From a virus: a stretch of 64,000 bases of DNA. Under the pieces are notes generated by a model that searched no databases, was not told the DNA's origin, and was given only the letters and a program-made list of their open reading frames with translations. Numbering within the stretch: position 1 is the stretch's first letter; the number at the start of each line of letters is the position of its first letter. The translations under genes were made by a program, and so were the position numbers. The DNA lies in IMG/VR virus record IMGVR_UViG_3300045988_138376. One strand, 5' to 3'. Positions 17,674 through 25,382 of this stretch are shown in pieces.

Positions 17674-17734
17674 GAAAGGGATAGTTGAGGGTCATGGCTC
17701 AATGATAAGGCTAAGCTAACAGGCTTCCCCTTTC
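17674..17734 (+). promoter_or_regulatory. conserved promoter-proximal element, copy A
   Basis: GAAAGGGATAG, then a 5-bp hairpin (TTGAG/CTCAA), TGATAAG, a spacer and CCCTTTC. The same architecture occurs at 21363-21423. Confidence 0.4.
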
Positions 17735-17800
17735 TCTTTTAATCGTCAGAATTACCTCAACCGTTAGTCCTATAACGGAATTAACTTTAATAGAAAAAAT

Positions 17801-18661
17801 ATGGCAGAAACAAAAAATCAAATGATTTCCAAAGCTGATATTGGGAATCAAGTAATCACAAGAATAGATGACCTTTGCAAAGTAGGGTTCACTATGCCAG
17901 CAGATTACAATTATGTAAATGCAATTAAAGGCGCAATGCTTTTATTGAATGACGTAAAAAACAAAGATCGAGTTCCCGCTTTATCTTGTTGCACTCCCAA
18001 TAGTATATCTACAGCGTTATTCAAAATGGCGACGCTCGGATTGGATGTAACGAAGAAGCAGGCATATCTAATTGTAAGAGGAGACCAACTTTGCCTTGAA
18101 GAAAGTTATTTCGGTACTTGTTTACAAGCAAGAAGAGTCTCTAAAAATTACGAACCAATCGCAAATGTTATCTACAAAGGAGATACTTTTAAATTTGAAG
18201 TTAATCCAGAGACAGGAAGAAAGCGCATTGTAGAGCATACTCAGACATTAGAATCAATTGATTCCGGAGAAATGATTGGAGCTTATGCTATTGTAACAAA
18301 TGACAAGGGAGAAACCGACGTTGAAATTATGTCTATGTCACAAATAAAGAAAAGTTGGGCAAAAAGTTCTTCTTCTCAACAGTTGGTGCATCGGGAATTT
18401 GGAGACCAAATGGCAAAAAGAACTGTAATTAAAAGAGCCGCAAAAATGCTTATAAATTCTGCGCTTTCAGAAAATACTATTCCGGATGATGAACTCGAAC
18501 CAAATAATGAACTCGATCCTACAAAGCAAATTGCTCCTGATTATGCGGAATATGAAGAAGTCGAAGAAGCAACGCCAGTAGAAGCCGTACCCATACAAAA
18601 AGAGGAAGCTAAGAAAGAAGAAGCAGTTAAACAGCCCGCTTCGGAGCCAGAGCCTTTTTAG
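17801..18661 (+). CDS. recT: RecT-family single-strand annealing recombinase
   Basis: 'SISTALFKMATLGLDVTKKQAYLIVRGDQL...IGAYAIVTNDKGE...FGDQMAKRTVIKRAAKML' follows the RecT pattern, with an acidic C-terminal tail. Confidence 0.85.
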   Translation: MAETKNQMISKADIGNQVITRIDDLCKVGFTMPADYNYVNAIKGAMLLLNDVKNKDRVPALSCCTPNSISTALFKMATLGLDVTKKQAYLIVRGDQLCLEESYFGTCLQARRVSKNYEPIANVIYKGDTFKFEVNPETGRKRIVEHTQTLESIDSGEMIGAYAIVTNDKGETDVEIMSMSQIKKSWAKSSSSQQLVHREFGDQMAKRTVIKRAAKMLINSALSENTIPDDELEPNNELDPTKQIAPDYAEYEEVEEATPVEAVPIQKEEAKKEEAVKQPASEPEPF

Positions 18662-18751
18662 CATGGACGATGACGAAATAGACATATCCTACGAGGAAAT
18701 GTCCCCAGATTCATACGATTGCGGAGAAATTTGGTAATGAATAAACTTAAT

Positions 18752-18794
18752 CCCATCTTGATTAGATAGTAATATCTATTCGGATGGGTTTTTT
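18752..18794 (+). terminator. rho-independent terminator
   Basis: CCCATC...GATGGG stem with an inner TAGATA/TATCTA extension, followed by T6 (18789-18794). Confidence 0.6.
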
Positions 18795-18825
18795 AATGAG
18801 AACAAAATAAAAAAAAGAACTAATT

Positions 18826-19176
18826 ATGAGCAGAATAGAAAGACATACTGGTAAAATTAAAAAAGTAGATTTGAATAATTATACCGTCGAAGGATGGTGT
18901 GAACGAAAATGTAAGGAGCTTGGAATAGAGTTAGATACATATTATAAGACTTACAAAGAAGCATTGCTAAATGATCCCTACCCAGCTATTGTGATTGAAC
19001 TCGATGATGAACTTTGGGAAGTCATTGAGGATAAAGAAGAAGAGGCTTCAGAAGATATTTCGATTCTTATTCCTAACAGTGATGGGACGTATAGCTATAT
19101 TATGCAATTTTACAATGGCGGAACATGTTTAAACGAAATGCTTGAAGATGGTATTGGAAATATAAAGGAGGATTAA
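18826..19176 (+). CDS. hypothetical acidic protein
   Basis: 116-aa ORF. Confidence 0.6.
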   Translation: MSRIERHTGKIKKVDLNNYTVEGWCERKCKELGIELDTYYKTYKEALLNDPYPAIVIELDDELWEVIEDKEEEASEDISILIPNSDGTYSYIMQFYNGGTCLNEMLEDGIGNIKED

Positions 19177-19177
19177 T

Positions 19178-19894
19178 ATGGGAGTTTTCAGAATAATAAA
19201 TAGTGGTTCTTCTGGGAATAGTTATATTTTAGATTGTTTAGGCGAATATTTGCTAATAGAATTAGGCGTCAAATGGGACAATATATTAAATGGAGTAAAT
19301 TATAAGACGGAAGATGTAGTTGGATGCTTAGTCAGCCATCGGCATTCAGATCATTCGAAATCAATATCGAAAGCTTTATATCGGCAACTTCCCGTATATT
19401 CTTGTGCGGACGTATCAGAAAGATTTAATGGAGTATTCCCGTTAAAATCTAAAAAGAAGTATAAAATAGGGAATTTCGAGGTTCAATGTATACCAGTCCC
19501 ACACGGTGATTGTTCATGTTATAGCTTTATTATCGACAATCCAGATATGGGGAGAATGCTATTTATAACTGATGCGTCAGATTTCCCCTATAAAGTAAAA
19601 GGCGTGAATCATTTGTTTATTGAAGCCAATTATATGGAGGACATTATCTTGGATAATGCCTGTAACAACAAATGGAACTCGTCAGCGAGTAATACCCACA
19701 TGGTGATAGAAAAGAGCGCAGAAGTGATTAAAAGACATTATTCTGAAAACTTGCATACCGTTTGCTTGATTCATTTAAGCGATGGAAATAGTGATGCCAA
19801 TAAATTCAAGAACATTGTTTTCGAAGAAGTCGGAATTAGACCTTTTATAGCAGAAAGCGGATTGGAGATAGAACTTAAAAAAGAAGAATTTTAA
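19178..19894 (+). CDS. metallo-beta-lactamase-fold hydrolase (possible nuclease partner of RecT)
   Basis: 'LVSHRHSDHS' is the HxHxDH motif. AGGAGG lies upstream. Confidence 0.8.
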   Translation: MGVFRIINSGSSGNSYILDCLGEYLLIELGVKWDNILNGVNYKTEDVVGCLVSHRHSDHSKSISKALYRQLPVYSCADVSERFNGVFPLKSKKKYKIGNFEVQCIPVPHGDCSCYSFIIDNPDMGRMLFITDASDFPYKVKGVNHLFIEANYMEDIILDNACNNKWNSSASNTHMVIEKSAEVIKRHYSENLHTVCLIHLSDGNSDANKFKNIVFEEVGIRPFIAESGLEIELKKEEF

Positions 19895-19904
19895 AAGAAA
19901 TTAA

Positions 19905-20111
19905 ATGTATAAAATTAGAGATTATATCAAAAGCCTTTGGGAGTGGACGCAAGAAAACGAAAATAAGAATCCCATCTTTTATTATTTCCCATTAACATCA
20001 AGAGATTTAGCAAAGCATAAAGATGTTATAGAATGGGGATTTAATAATAACGTTTGCGCGATTAAACTTCTTTGGAAAATTGTAGAACTTAAAAAGCAAG
20101 AAAATGAGTAA
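19905..20111 (+). CDS. hypothetical protein
   Basis: 68-aa ORF. Confidence 0.5.
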   Translation: MYKIRDYIKSLWEWTQENENKNPIFYYFPLTSRDLAKHKDVIEWGFNNNVCAIKLLWKIVELKKQENE

Positions 20112-20589
20112 AATATACTGCGGATGTGATAATGGAGTGACTGGAACTATCGGTATCTTAGGTGAAGAAATAGAAATGTTTTGTAAAACACCTATTAAAA
20201 AAGAACAAGATTACACGAAGAAAAAGAAAATTGTTTCAAGATTAGATGTTGTAAAATTTATTTCTATATTTAATGGGATTAATAAAAATGACTTAGTGTT
20301 CATTTTAGAACGTCCGATGATAAATGGAACTCGCTTTAACGCCTCAATGTCAGCCATTAGATGCCATGAAGCAATGCTGAATTGTATTGAAGTGATGGGA
20401 TGCAAATTGATCTATGCGGACTCTAAAGAATGGCAAAAAGAATTACTGCCAAAAGGATGCGCAGGAGATGAATTGAAAAAAGCTTCTCTTGATATAGGCA
20501 ATAGATTATATCCTAAGTTCTGCGAGATAAAGCATCCTGATCGCGATGGATTACTAATAGCTGAATATGCACGAAGAAAAAATTTATAG
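20104..20589 (+). CDS. putative RuvC-like Holliday junction resolvase
   Basis: N-terminal 'IYCGCDNGVTGTIG' and C-terminal 'HPDRDGLLIAEYARR' resemble the catalytic Asp segments of RuvC-fold resolvases. Confidence 0.5.
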   Translation: MSKIYCGCDNGVTGTIGILGEEIEMFCKTPIKKEQDYTKKKKIVSRLDVVKFISIFNGINKNDLVFILERPMINGTRFNASMSAIRCHEAMLNCIEVMGCKLIYADSKEWQKELLPKGCAGDELKKASLDIGNRLYPKFCEIKHPDRDGLLIAEYARRKNL

Positions 20590-20592
20590 AAT

Positions 20593-20808
20593 ATGGATAC
20601 AATATTATTGGTTTATATTATAGGAGTAATAATATCACTAAAAGCTTCTTGGGATATAATGAATTTTTCCAATGTTGAGTCCATTACTATTGGGGATATT
20701 CTATTATTTCTTTTCATGAGTTCTCTCTCTTGGCTTACTGTTACAATAGCCATATTTATTTGTTGGAGGGAAATACTCAATTACGAAATATGGAAAAGAA
20801 AGAGATAG
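20593..20808 (+). CDS. two-TM small membrane protein (holin-like size)
   Basis: 'ILLVYIIGVIISL' and 'ILLFLFMSSLSWLTVTIAIFICW'. Confidence 0.55.
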   Translation: MDTILLVYIIGVIISLKASWDIMNFSNVESITIGDILLFLFMSSLSWLTVTIAIFICWREILNYEIWKRKR

Positions 20809-20820
20809 TTTATGGTTTGT

Positions 20821-20850
20821 TAACGAAAAACATTTCGTTATCTATTTATT
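20821..20850 (+). terminator. rho-independent terminator
   Basis: 8-bp stem TAACGAAA/TTTCGTTA with a 4-nt loop, followed by TCTATTTATT. Confidence 0.55.
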
Positions 20851-20856
20851 AACTGC

Positions 20857-20864
20857 TAACTTTG
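20857..20864 (+). promoter_or_regulatory. -7 promoter box TAACTTTG
   Basis: Lies 22 nt upstream of the ATG at 20887. Confidence 0.5.
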
Positions 20865-20886
20865 CAGAAACAAAAAACAAATTATC

Positions 20887-21057
20887 ATGCTAATAGAAAC
20901 AAAAGACTGGGTTGGCGTAACCGAATACGCAAAAAGAAACAACCTATCAACCGTATGGGTGTATAAATTGATTAAAAGAGGAGATTTAAAAACGATGGAA
21001 TTTGCGGATAAAACGCTAATTTTCATTGGAGATAAAAAACAAAGTGTTAATTTATAA
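20887..21057 (+). CDS. small HTH DNA-binding protein (56 aa, below track cutoff)
   Basis: Hand translation MLIETKDWVGVTEYAKRNNLSTVWVYKLIKRGDLKTMEFADKTLIFIGDKKQSVNL, preferred over the antisense track ORF 20856-21116. Confidence 0.5.
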   Translation: MLIETKDWVGVTEYAKRNNLSTVWVYKLIKRGDLKTMEFADKTLIFIGDKKQSVNL

Positions 21058-21069
21058 AATAAAATCATC

Positions 21070-21273
21070 ATGTGGTTAAGAATTGGAGATAAGGATTTTC
21101 CTAAAAGTAGTATCAAGGAAATATACAGAATGGGTAAAACTATTCAGAGTGGAAAATGGTGCATCGGATACAGAGTTTACAATCAGTGGCGTTATGTTCA
21201 CTATGACACCGAAGAGGATTATAATAAAGTGATTGAGAATTTAACTAAAATATTGGAAATCGCGGAGGTGTAA
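21070..21273 (+). CDS. hypothetical protein
   Basis: 67-aa ORF. Confidence 0.5.
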   Translation: MWLRIGDKDFPKSSIKEIYRMGKTIQSGKWCIGYRVYNQWRYVHYDTEEDYNKVIENLTKILEIAEV

Positions 21274-21354
21274 AACAGAATACCATGACTGATAAACTAC
21301 AAACTCTTATTGAAAAATACAATAATAATTACTATTTTATTTAAAAGATTTAAG

Positions 21355-21362
21355 TATCTTTG
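21355..21362 (+). promoter_or_regulatory. -7 promoter box TATCTTTG
   Basis: Intergenic, 95 nt upstream of the ATG at 21457. Confidence 0.5.
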
Positions 21363-21423
21363 TAAAGGGATAGGCAGGAGTTATAAACCTGCTGATAAGA
21401 GTAAACTCACGCTCTTCCCTTTA
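21363..21423 (+). promoter_or_regulatory. conserved promoter-proximal element, copy B
   Basis: TAAAGGGATAG, then a 5-bp hairpin (GCAGG/CCTGC), TGATAAG, a spacer and TCCCTTTA. Confidence 0.4.
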
Positions 21424-21456
21424 TTCTCAAACGTGAGTAATATTAAATAAGTGAGT

Positions 21457-22893
21457 ATGAGTAAAAGAAAAACAACTGAACAATTTATTGAAGAGGCAAG
21501 AGCTATTCATGGTGATAAGTATGATTATTCTAAAGTAGAATATGTAAATAGCAGGACTAAAGTGTGTATTATTTGCCCTATTCATGGAGAATTCTTTCAA
21601 GAGGCTAATGGCCATATTCAAGGTAAAAAATGTTATTTATGCGAACAGTTAAGAAAAAGAACTAAATTATGTGGTATAGGTGTAAATGATTTAGATCATC
21701 CATTGAGCAAAAAAGAAATGAAATCATATTACGTATGGGCATCAATGATTAGAAGATGTTATGATGAAAAAGAATTAAAAAAAAGACCGTCTTATACAGG
21801 TTGCTCCGTTTGTGATGAATGGAAATACTTTTCCAACTTTAAGAGATGGTTTGATGAAAATTATGTCGATGGTTATCAATTAGATAAAGATATTATTGTA
21901 AGTAAAAATAAGCTGTATAGTCCAAATACTTGCTGTTTTGTTCCGTTGGAAATAAATAATGTGATCAAGAGGGTTGGTTTTAGACGAGACAAATACATTG
22001 GAACAACTAAAAATTATAATAAATATGGAGCATCTATATCTAAATATGGGAAGAACATAAGTTTAGGATATTACGACAATATAGAAGATGCTTATTTGGT
22101 TTATAAAAAAGCAAAGGAAGATTATTTGAAAGAATTAGCAAATAAGTATAAAGATAAAATTAATGCTATTACATATGATTCTTTAATTAATTATAGAGTT
22201 GATGATTTATATAATTTGGATCAAGGCTGCGAAAGAGCGCATCCAGAGGAATTTAAAGAGCCAGAAAGGATTCCTATGACAAATGACCAAATATTGCTTA
22301 TCGCTACATATATTGTTATTTATGTCAACGAATTAGCCAATGTATGCGTCATGGACATTAAGCCATCTATTACCAATAAGGACAAGGAGACTCAAAAGAT
22401 TTATTTTGCAGCGCTTAAACGAGTTAAGGAGTATCAAAGTCGGATGGCTAAGATCGCAGGTGATAATGCAATAGGTATCTATGCTTCTTACTGTGACGCT
22501 CTCGACCAAGAAGTATTACCTGTTATCGAGAAGTATCGAATGTCCATTGAGAAATATCTTTGTGAGATAGAAGGGGTTGAAAATCCCTATTTCCTATCAA
22601 TGGTTGAATTAGCGCGAAGCATAACAAGTTATTCGGTTATTGCAATCTCAAAAAGAATAGCTGAATGTTTGAAGTTTGATGAAAATGCAGTAGCTTTGCG
22701 AGGATATAAACAGTCCGAACTATTGAAGATCTTGGAAGAATTATGCAAATGGTGCTTTAGAAAAGCTTCTGATATAAATTACAATGAAAGTGAAGAATGC
22801 GTAAATGCCTATAGGGAATTTGACGCGATACTCACAAATCCGGATATTATTTCAACATGTATTATTAACGCTAACGAATTAGAAAACAAATGA
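21457..22893 (+). CDS. homing-endonuclease-like DNA-binding modules (incl. AP2-like) fused to an unknown all-alpha domain
   Basis: 'FIEEARAIHGDKYDYSKVEYVNSRTKVCIICPIHGEF' and 'YGASISKYGKNISLGYYDNIEDAYLVYKKA' (AP2-like). The C-terminal 230 aa is unassigned. Start taken at ATG 21457. Confidence 0.65.
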   Translation: MSKRKTTEQFIEEARAIHGDKYDYSKVEYVNSRTKVCIICPIHGEFFQEANGHIQGKKCYLCEQLRKRTKLCGIGVNDLDHPLSKKEMKSYYVWASMIRRCYDEKELKKRPSYTGCSVCDEWKYFSNFKRWFDENYVDGYQLDKDIIVSKNKLYSPNTCCFVPLEINNVIKRVGFRRDKYIGTTKNYNKYGASISKYGKNISLGYYDNIEDAYLVYKKAKEDYLKELANKYKDKINAITYDSLINYRVDDLYNLDQGCERAHPEEFKEPERIPMTNDQILLIATYIVIYVNELANVCVMDIKPSITNKDKETQKIYFAALKRVKEYQSRMAKIAGDNAIGIYASYCDALDQEVLPVIEKYRMSIEKYLCEIEGVENPYFLSMVELARSITSYSVIAISKRIAECLKFDENAVALRGYKQSELLKILEELCKWCFRKASDINYNESEECVNAYREFDAILTNPDIISTCIINANELENK

Positions 22894-23471
22894 AAGTAAA
22901 AATTAAGAAAATACATAAAGACGAATTGTGGGAATTTTATCCATTAGACAATAGATACCTTATATCAAATTACGGTAGAGTTTGGAGTACTATAAATAAC
23001 AGGGAGCTTAAAAACAGTATAAATGGAGCAGGATATTTATGTTGTTTAGGAGAAAGTGTACATAGATTAGTGGCAGAAACATTTATCCCTAATGTGCATA
23101 ATTATACAGAAGTAGACCATATTGATACAAATAGAAAAAATAATTTTGTTGGTAATCTAAAGTGGTGTAATCATCCCGAAAATTGCAAGAACCCCATAAG
23201 TATAAATAAAAGAAAATTAAAAGATGGTTTCCGAGTAAACTTAGGTGTAAGTTTTTCAGATGAGCATAAAAAGAAAATATCAGAAGCGCAAATCGGGAAC
23301 AGAGGTATTCCAGTAATACAAATGTCATTAGATGGGGATTTTATTAAAGAGTATGTAAGCCTTAATCAAGCTGCGAAACAGAATAATATATCCAGGAGGA
23401 ATATATCAAGATGTTGCAATGGAATTTACAGTCAGGCAAATGGTTATAAATGGATATATAAAAATAAATGA
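22890..23471 (+). CDS. HNH homing endonuclease (NUMOD4/HNH_3 + NUMOD-type DNA-binding repeats)
   Basis: 'YLISNYGRVWS', 'VHRLVAETF...EVDHIDTNRKNNFVGNLKWCNHPEN', 'SDEHKKKISEAQ' and a C-terminal 'ISRRNISRCCNG...GYKW'. Confidence 0.85.
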   Translation: MKVKIKKIHKDELWEFYPLDNRYLISNYGRVWSTINNRELKNSINGAGYLCCLGESVHRLVAETFIPNVHNYTEVDHIDTNRKNNFVGNLKWCNHPENCKNPISINKRKLKDGFRVNLGVSFSDEHKKKISEAQIGNRGIPVIQMSLDGDFIKEYVSLNQAAKQNNISRRNISRCCNGIYSQANGYKWIYKNK

Positions 23472-23485
23472 TAATTTTTAGAACT

Positions 23486-23866
23486 ATGGAATTAAAAGAG
23501 TATCAAAATCAAGCAATGACTACTTGTATGCCAAGTAGTGAAAATTTTAGTTATATGTTCCTTAACCTTATTGGCGAAGTAGGAGAATTTGCGAGTAAGG
23601 TGTCAAAGCAAATTCGCAAAAGCAATATGAACATTGAGGATTCTCAATTAGCATTTACAACTAAAGCAGATATTAATGATTTAGATTGTTTTTATGAGGA
23701 ATTACAGAAAGAGGCAGGAGATATTTTATGGCAGTTGAGTGGTCTATGCACCGTAATGGGTTGGTCTTTAGAAGATATTGCTCAAATTAACTTAGATAAA
23801 CTTGCTTCTCGTAAGGCTATTGGAACGATAGACGGTAATGGAGATGGGATAATTAGGGGGAAATAA
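23486..23866 (+). CDS. mazG: MazG-like nucleoside triphosphate pyrophosphohydrolase
   Basis: 'EYQNQAMTT...LIGEVGEFASKV...EAGDILWQLSGLC...IAQINLDKLASR' matches the all-alpha NTP-PPase pattern. Confidence 0.85.
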   Translation: MELKEYQNQAMTTCMPSSENFSYMFLNLIGEVGEFASKVSKQIRKSNMNIEDSQLAFTTKADINDLDCFYEELQKEAGDILWQLSGLCTVMGWSLEDIAQINLDKLASRKAIGTIDGNGDGIIRGK

Positions 23867-23920
23867 TATAGGAGTAAAACAGTATAGGCATGACACCAAA
23901 AATAGACTTTATCGAAGTGG

Positions 23921-24190
23921 ATGAGTTGGAAGAAAGAGAGAGAAATTGTAATGGATACGGAAGCACGGATGAGAAAATTAACCAATAAAGATATGAATAA
24001 GAAAGAAGTAATTAAAATGGCAAAGAAATACTCAAGTAAACGCCATATCCAAGATGGGTATTTAGCAGGGTTTCAGGCAGCGTGTAATATCATAAGGCAG
24101 AAATACCAAACATGCTATAACGAAGATTTTTGCGATGCGATGGAAGAGCTCGCACAAGTTTCATATATGGATTTAGATATTGATGATTAA
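23921..24190 (+). CDS. hypothetical protein (start uncertain)
   Basis: 89-aa ORF with several in-frame ATGs. Confidence 0.45.
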   Translation: MSWKKEREIVMDTEARMRKLTNKDMNKKEVIKMAKKYSSKRHIQDGYLAGFQAACNIIRQKYQTCYNEDFCDAMEELAQVSYMDLDIDD

Positions 24191-24207
24191 CGTAAAACAA
24201 TAAAGAA

Positions 24208-24435
24208 ATGAATATAAAAGAGGCGGTAAAAGACTATATAGAAGACTTTCCGGAGTGTTTTAGATTTAAAAGATCCGACGTTGCGGATGCCTTTGAAGCA
24301 GGTGCAGAATGGCAAGCAAAGCAAGGAGATCTCGAATCCATGCTTAGGAAACTAAAGGGGAAAGCGTTAAAAGCTTTCCTCGAATGTGAAGGATACGATG
24401 AATTTGAACGTGAAATTAATTCTTTGACAGAATGA
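24208..24435 (+). CDS. hypothetical protein
   Basis: 75-aa ORF that shares a 'GAEWQAKQ' motif with ORF 13431. Confidence 0.55.
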   Translation: MNIKEAVKDYIEDFPECFRFKRSDVADAFEAGAEWQAKQGDLESMLRKLKGKALKAFLECEGYDEFEREINSLTE

Positions 24436-24611
24436 GCAATACAGGATATAAATATATTCATTTTAATAGAAGCAGCAAGAAGTTCCAAGTAAAAATATGG
24501 AATGGGGATAGAAACATATATTTCAAAGAATGGGAAACTTTAGAAGAAGCTATTAAAGTGAGAGAAGAGAAAATGAAAGAATTAGGATTAACTTTATATT
24601 TGGATAAATAA
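24432..24611 (+). CDS. small AP2-like DNA-binding protein (59 aa, below track cutoff)
   Basis: Hand translation MSNTGYKYIHFNRSSKKFQVKIWNGDRNIYFKEWETLEEAIKVREEKMKELGL.... Its start overlaps the previous stop. Confidence 0.45.
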   Translation: MSNTGYKYIHFNRSSKKFQVKIWNGDRNIYFKEWETLEEAIKVREEKMKELGLTLYLDK

Positions 24612-24612
24612 A

Positions 24613-24831
24613 ATGAAGATAGAAATAGATATTCCAGATCCTTTTATTTCGGATGAAAATAGTTATATCTCTATTAGTGGTGATAATTTCGAATATTGTA
24701 GATTTGATAAATTTTATCGTGGATTACAATGCAACCATGAAAAAGATTCTAAGAAATACTGTGTCCTTCAATCAGAATTAGATATTATATCTGATGCAAT
24801 CATTAATTTAATAACAAATAAACTTTTATGA
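24613..24831 (+). CDS. hypothetical protein
   Basis: 72-aa ORF immediately upstream of the endolysin and overlapping it. No TM helix seen. Confidence 0.5.
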   Translation: MKIEIDIPDPFISDENSYISISGDNFEYCRFDKFYRGLQCNHEKDSKKYCVLQSELDIISDAIINLITNKLL

Positions 24832-25235
24832 AGTATTTTACAATTAAAGAACTTACAAAGTCCTCAACAGCTGAGGCAAAGGGAATTAATAATACTCCCA
24901 CACCGGAGATTAAAGCGAACCTTGAACGATTAGTAGAAAAGGTTTTAGATCCATTGAGAGAAAAATACGGTAAGCCTATCACCGTCAATTCGGGCTATCG
25001 GTGTCCAGAATTAAACAAAGCTGTTGGAGGTTCTAAGACATCGGATCATATGAACGGTTTCGCAGTGGATATAACAGCTTCCATCAAAAAAGAAAATGCG
25101 ATTCTATTTCAAATAATAAAAGATAATTTTGACTTTGATCAATTGATTTGGGAAAAAGGGAATAGTGAATATCCGGATTGGGTGCATGTATCTTACAATC
25201 CAAATAGACTAAGAAAGCAAGTGCTAAAAATGTGA
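24828..25235 (+). CDS. endolysin, peptidase M15 (VanY-like zinc peptidase) family
   Basis: 'VNSGYRCPELNKAVGGSKTSDHMNGFAVDI' and a C-terminal 'DWVHVSY' (His/Asp/His Zn ligands). Confidence 0.85.
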   Translation: MKYFTIKELTKSSTAEAKGINNTPTPEIKANLERLVEKVLDPLREKYGKPITVNSGYRCPELNKAVGGSKTSDHMNGFAVDITASIKKENAILFQIIKDNFDFDQLIWEKGNSEYPDWVHVSYNPNRLRKQVLKM

Positions 25236-25264
25236 AAAACCTTTGGTGTTTAGTTTTTAACTAC

Positions 25265-25272
25265 TATATTTG
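25265..25272 (+). promoter_or_regulatory. -7 promoter box TATATTTG
   Basis: Intergenic, between the endolysin and the Rha gene. Confidence 0.45.
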
Positions 25273-25326
25273 CAGCGTCAACCACCACTGACACAAAAAA
25301 AGAAGAAATAGTTTTATCTATATATT

Positions 25327-25370
25327 AATCGGGATTTAGATGCGTGGTGGCTCTATTTCCCGATTTTTTT
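25327..25370 (+). terminator. terminator-like hairpin in the Rha leader
   Basis: 8-bp stem AATCGGGA/TCCCGATT (25327-25334 / 25358-25365) running into a T tract, 13 nt before the ATG at 25383. Confidence 0.5.
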
Positions 25371-25382
25371 ATAAAAAGCAAT

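Noticed and set aside
20856-21116. 86-aa minus-strand ORF.
   Set aside because: The plus strand carries a promoter box followed by a 56-aa HTH ORF that fits the rightward operon flow. The minus ORF is hydrophobic and low-complexity.
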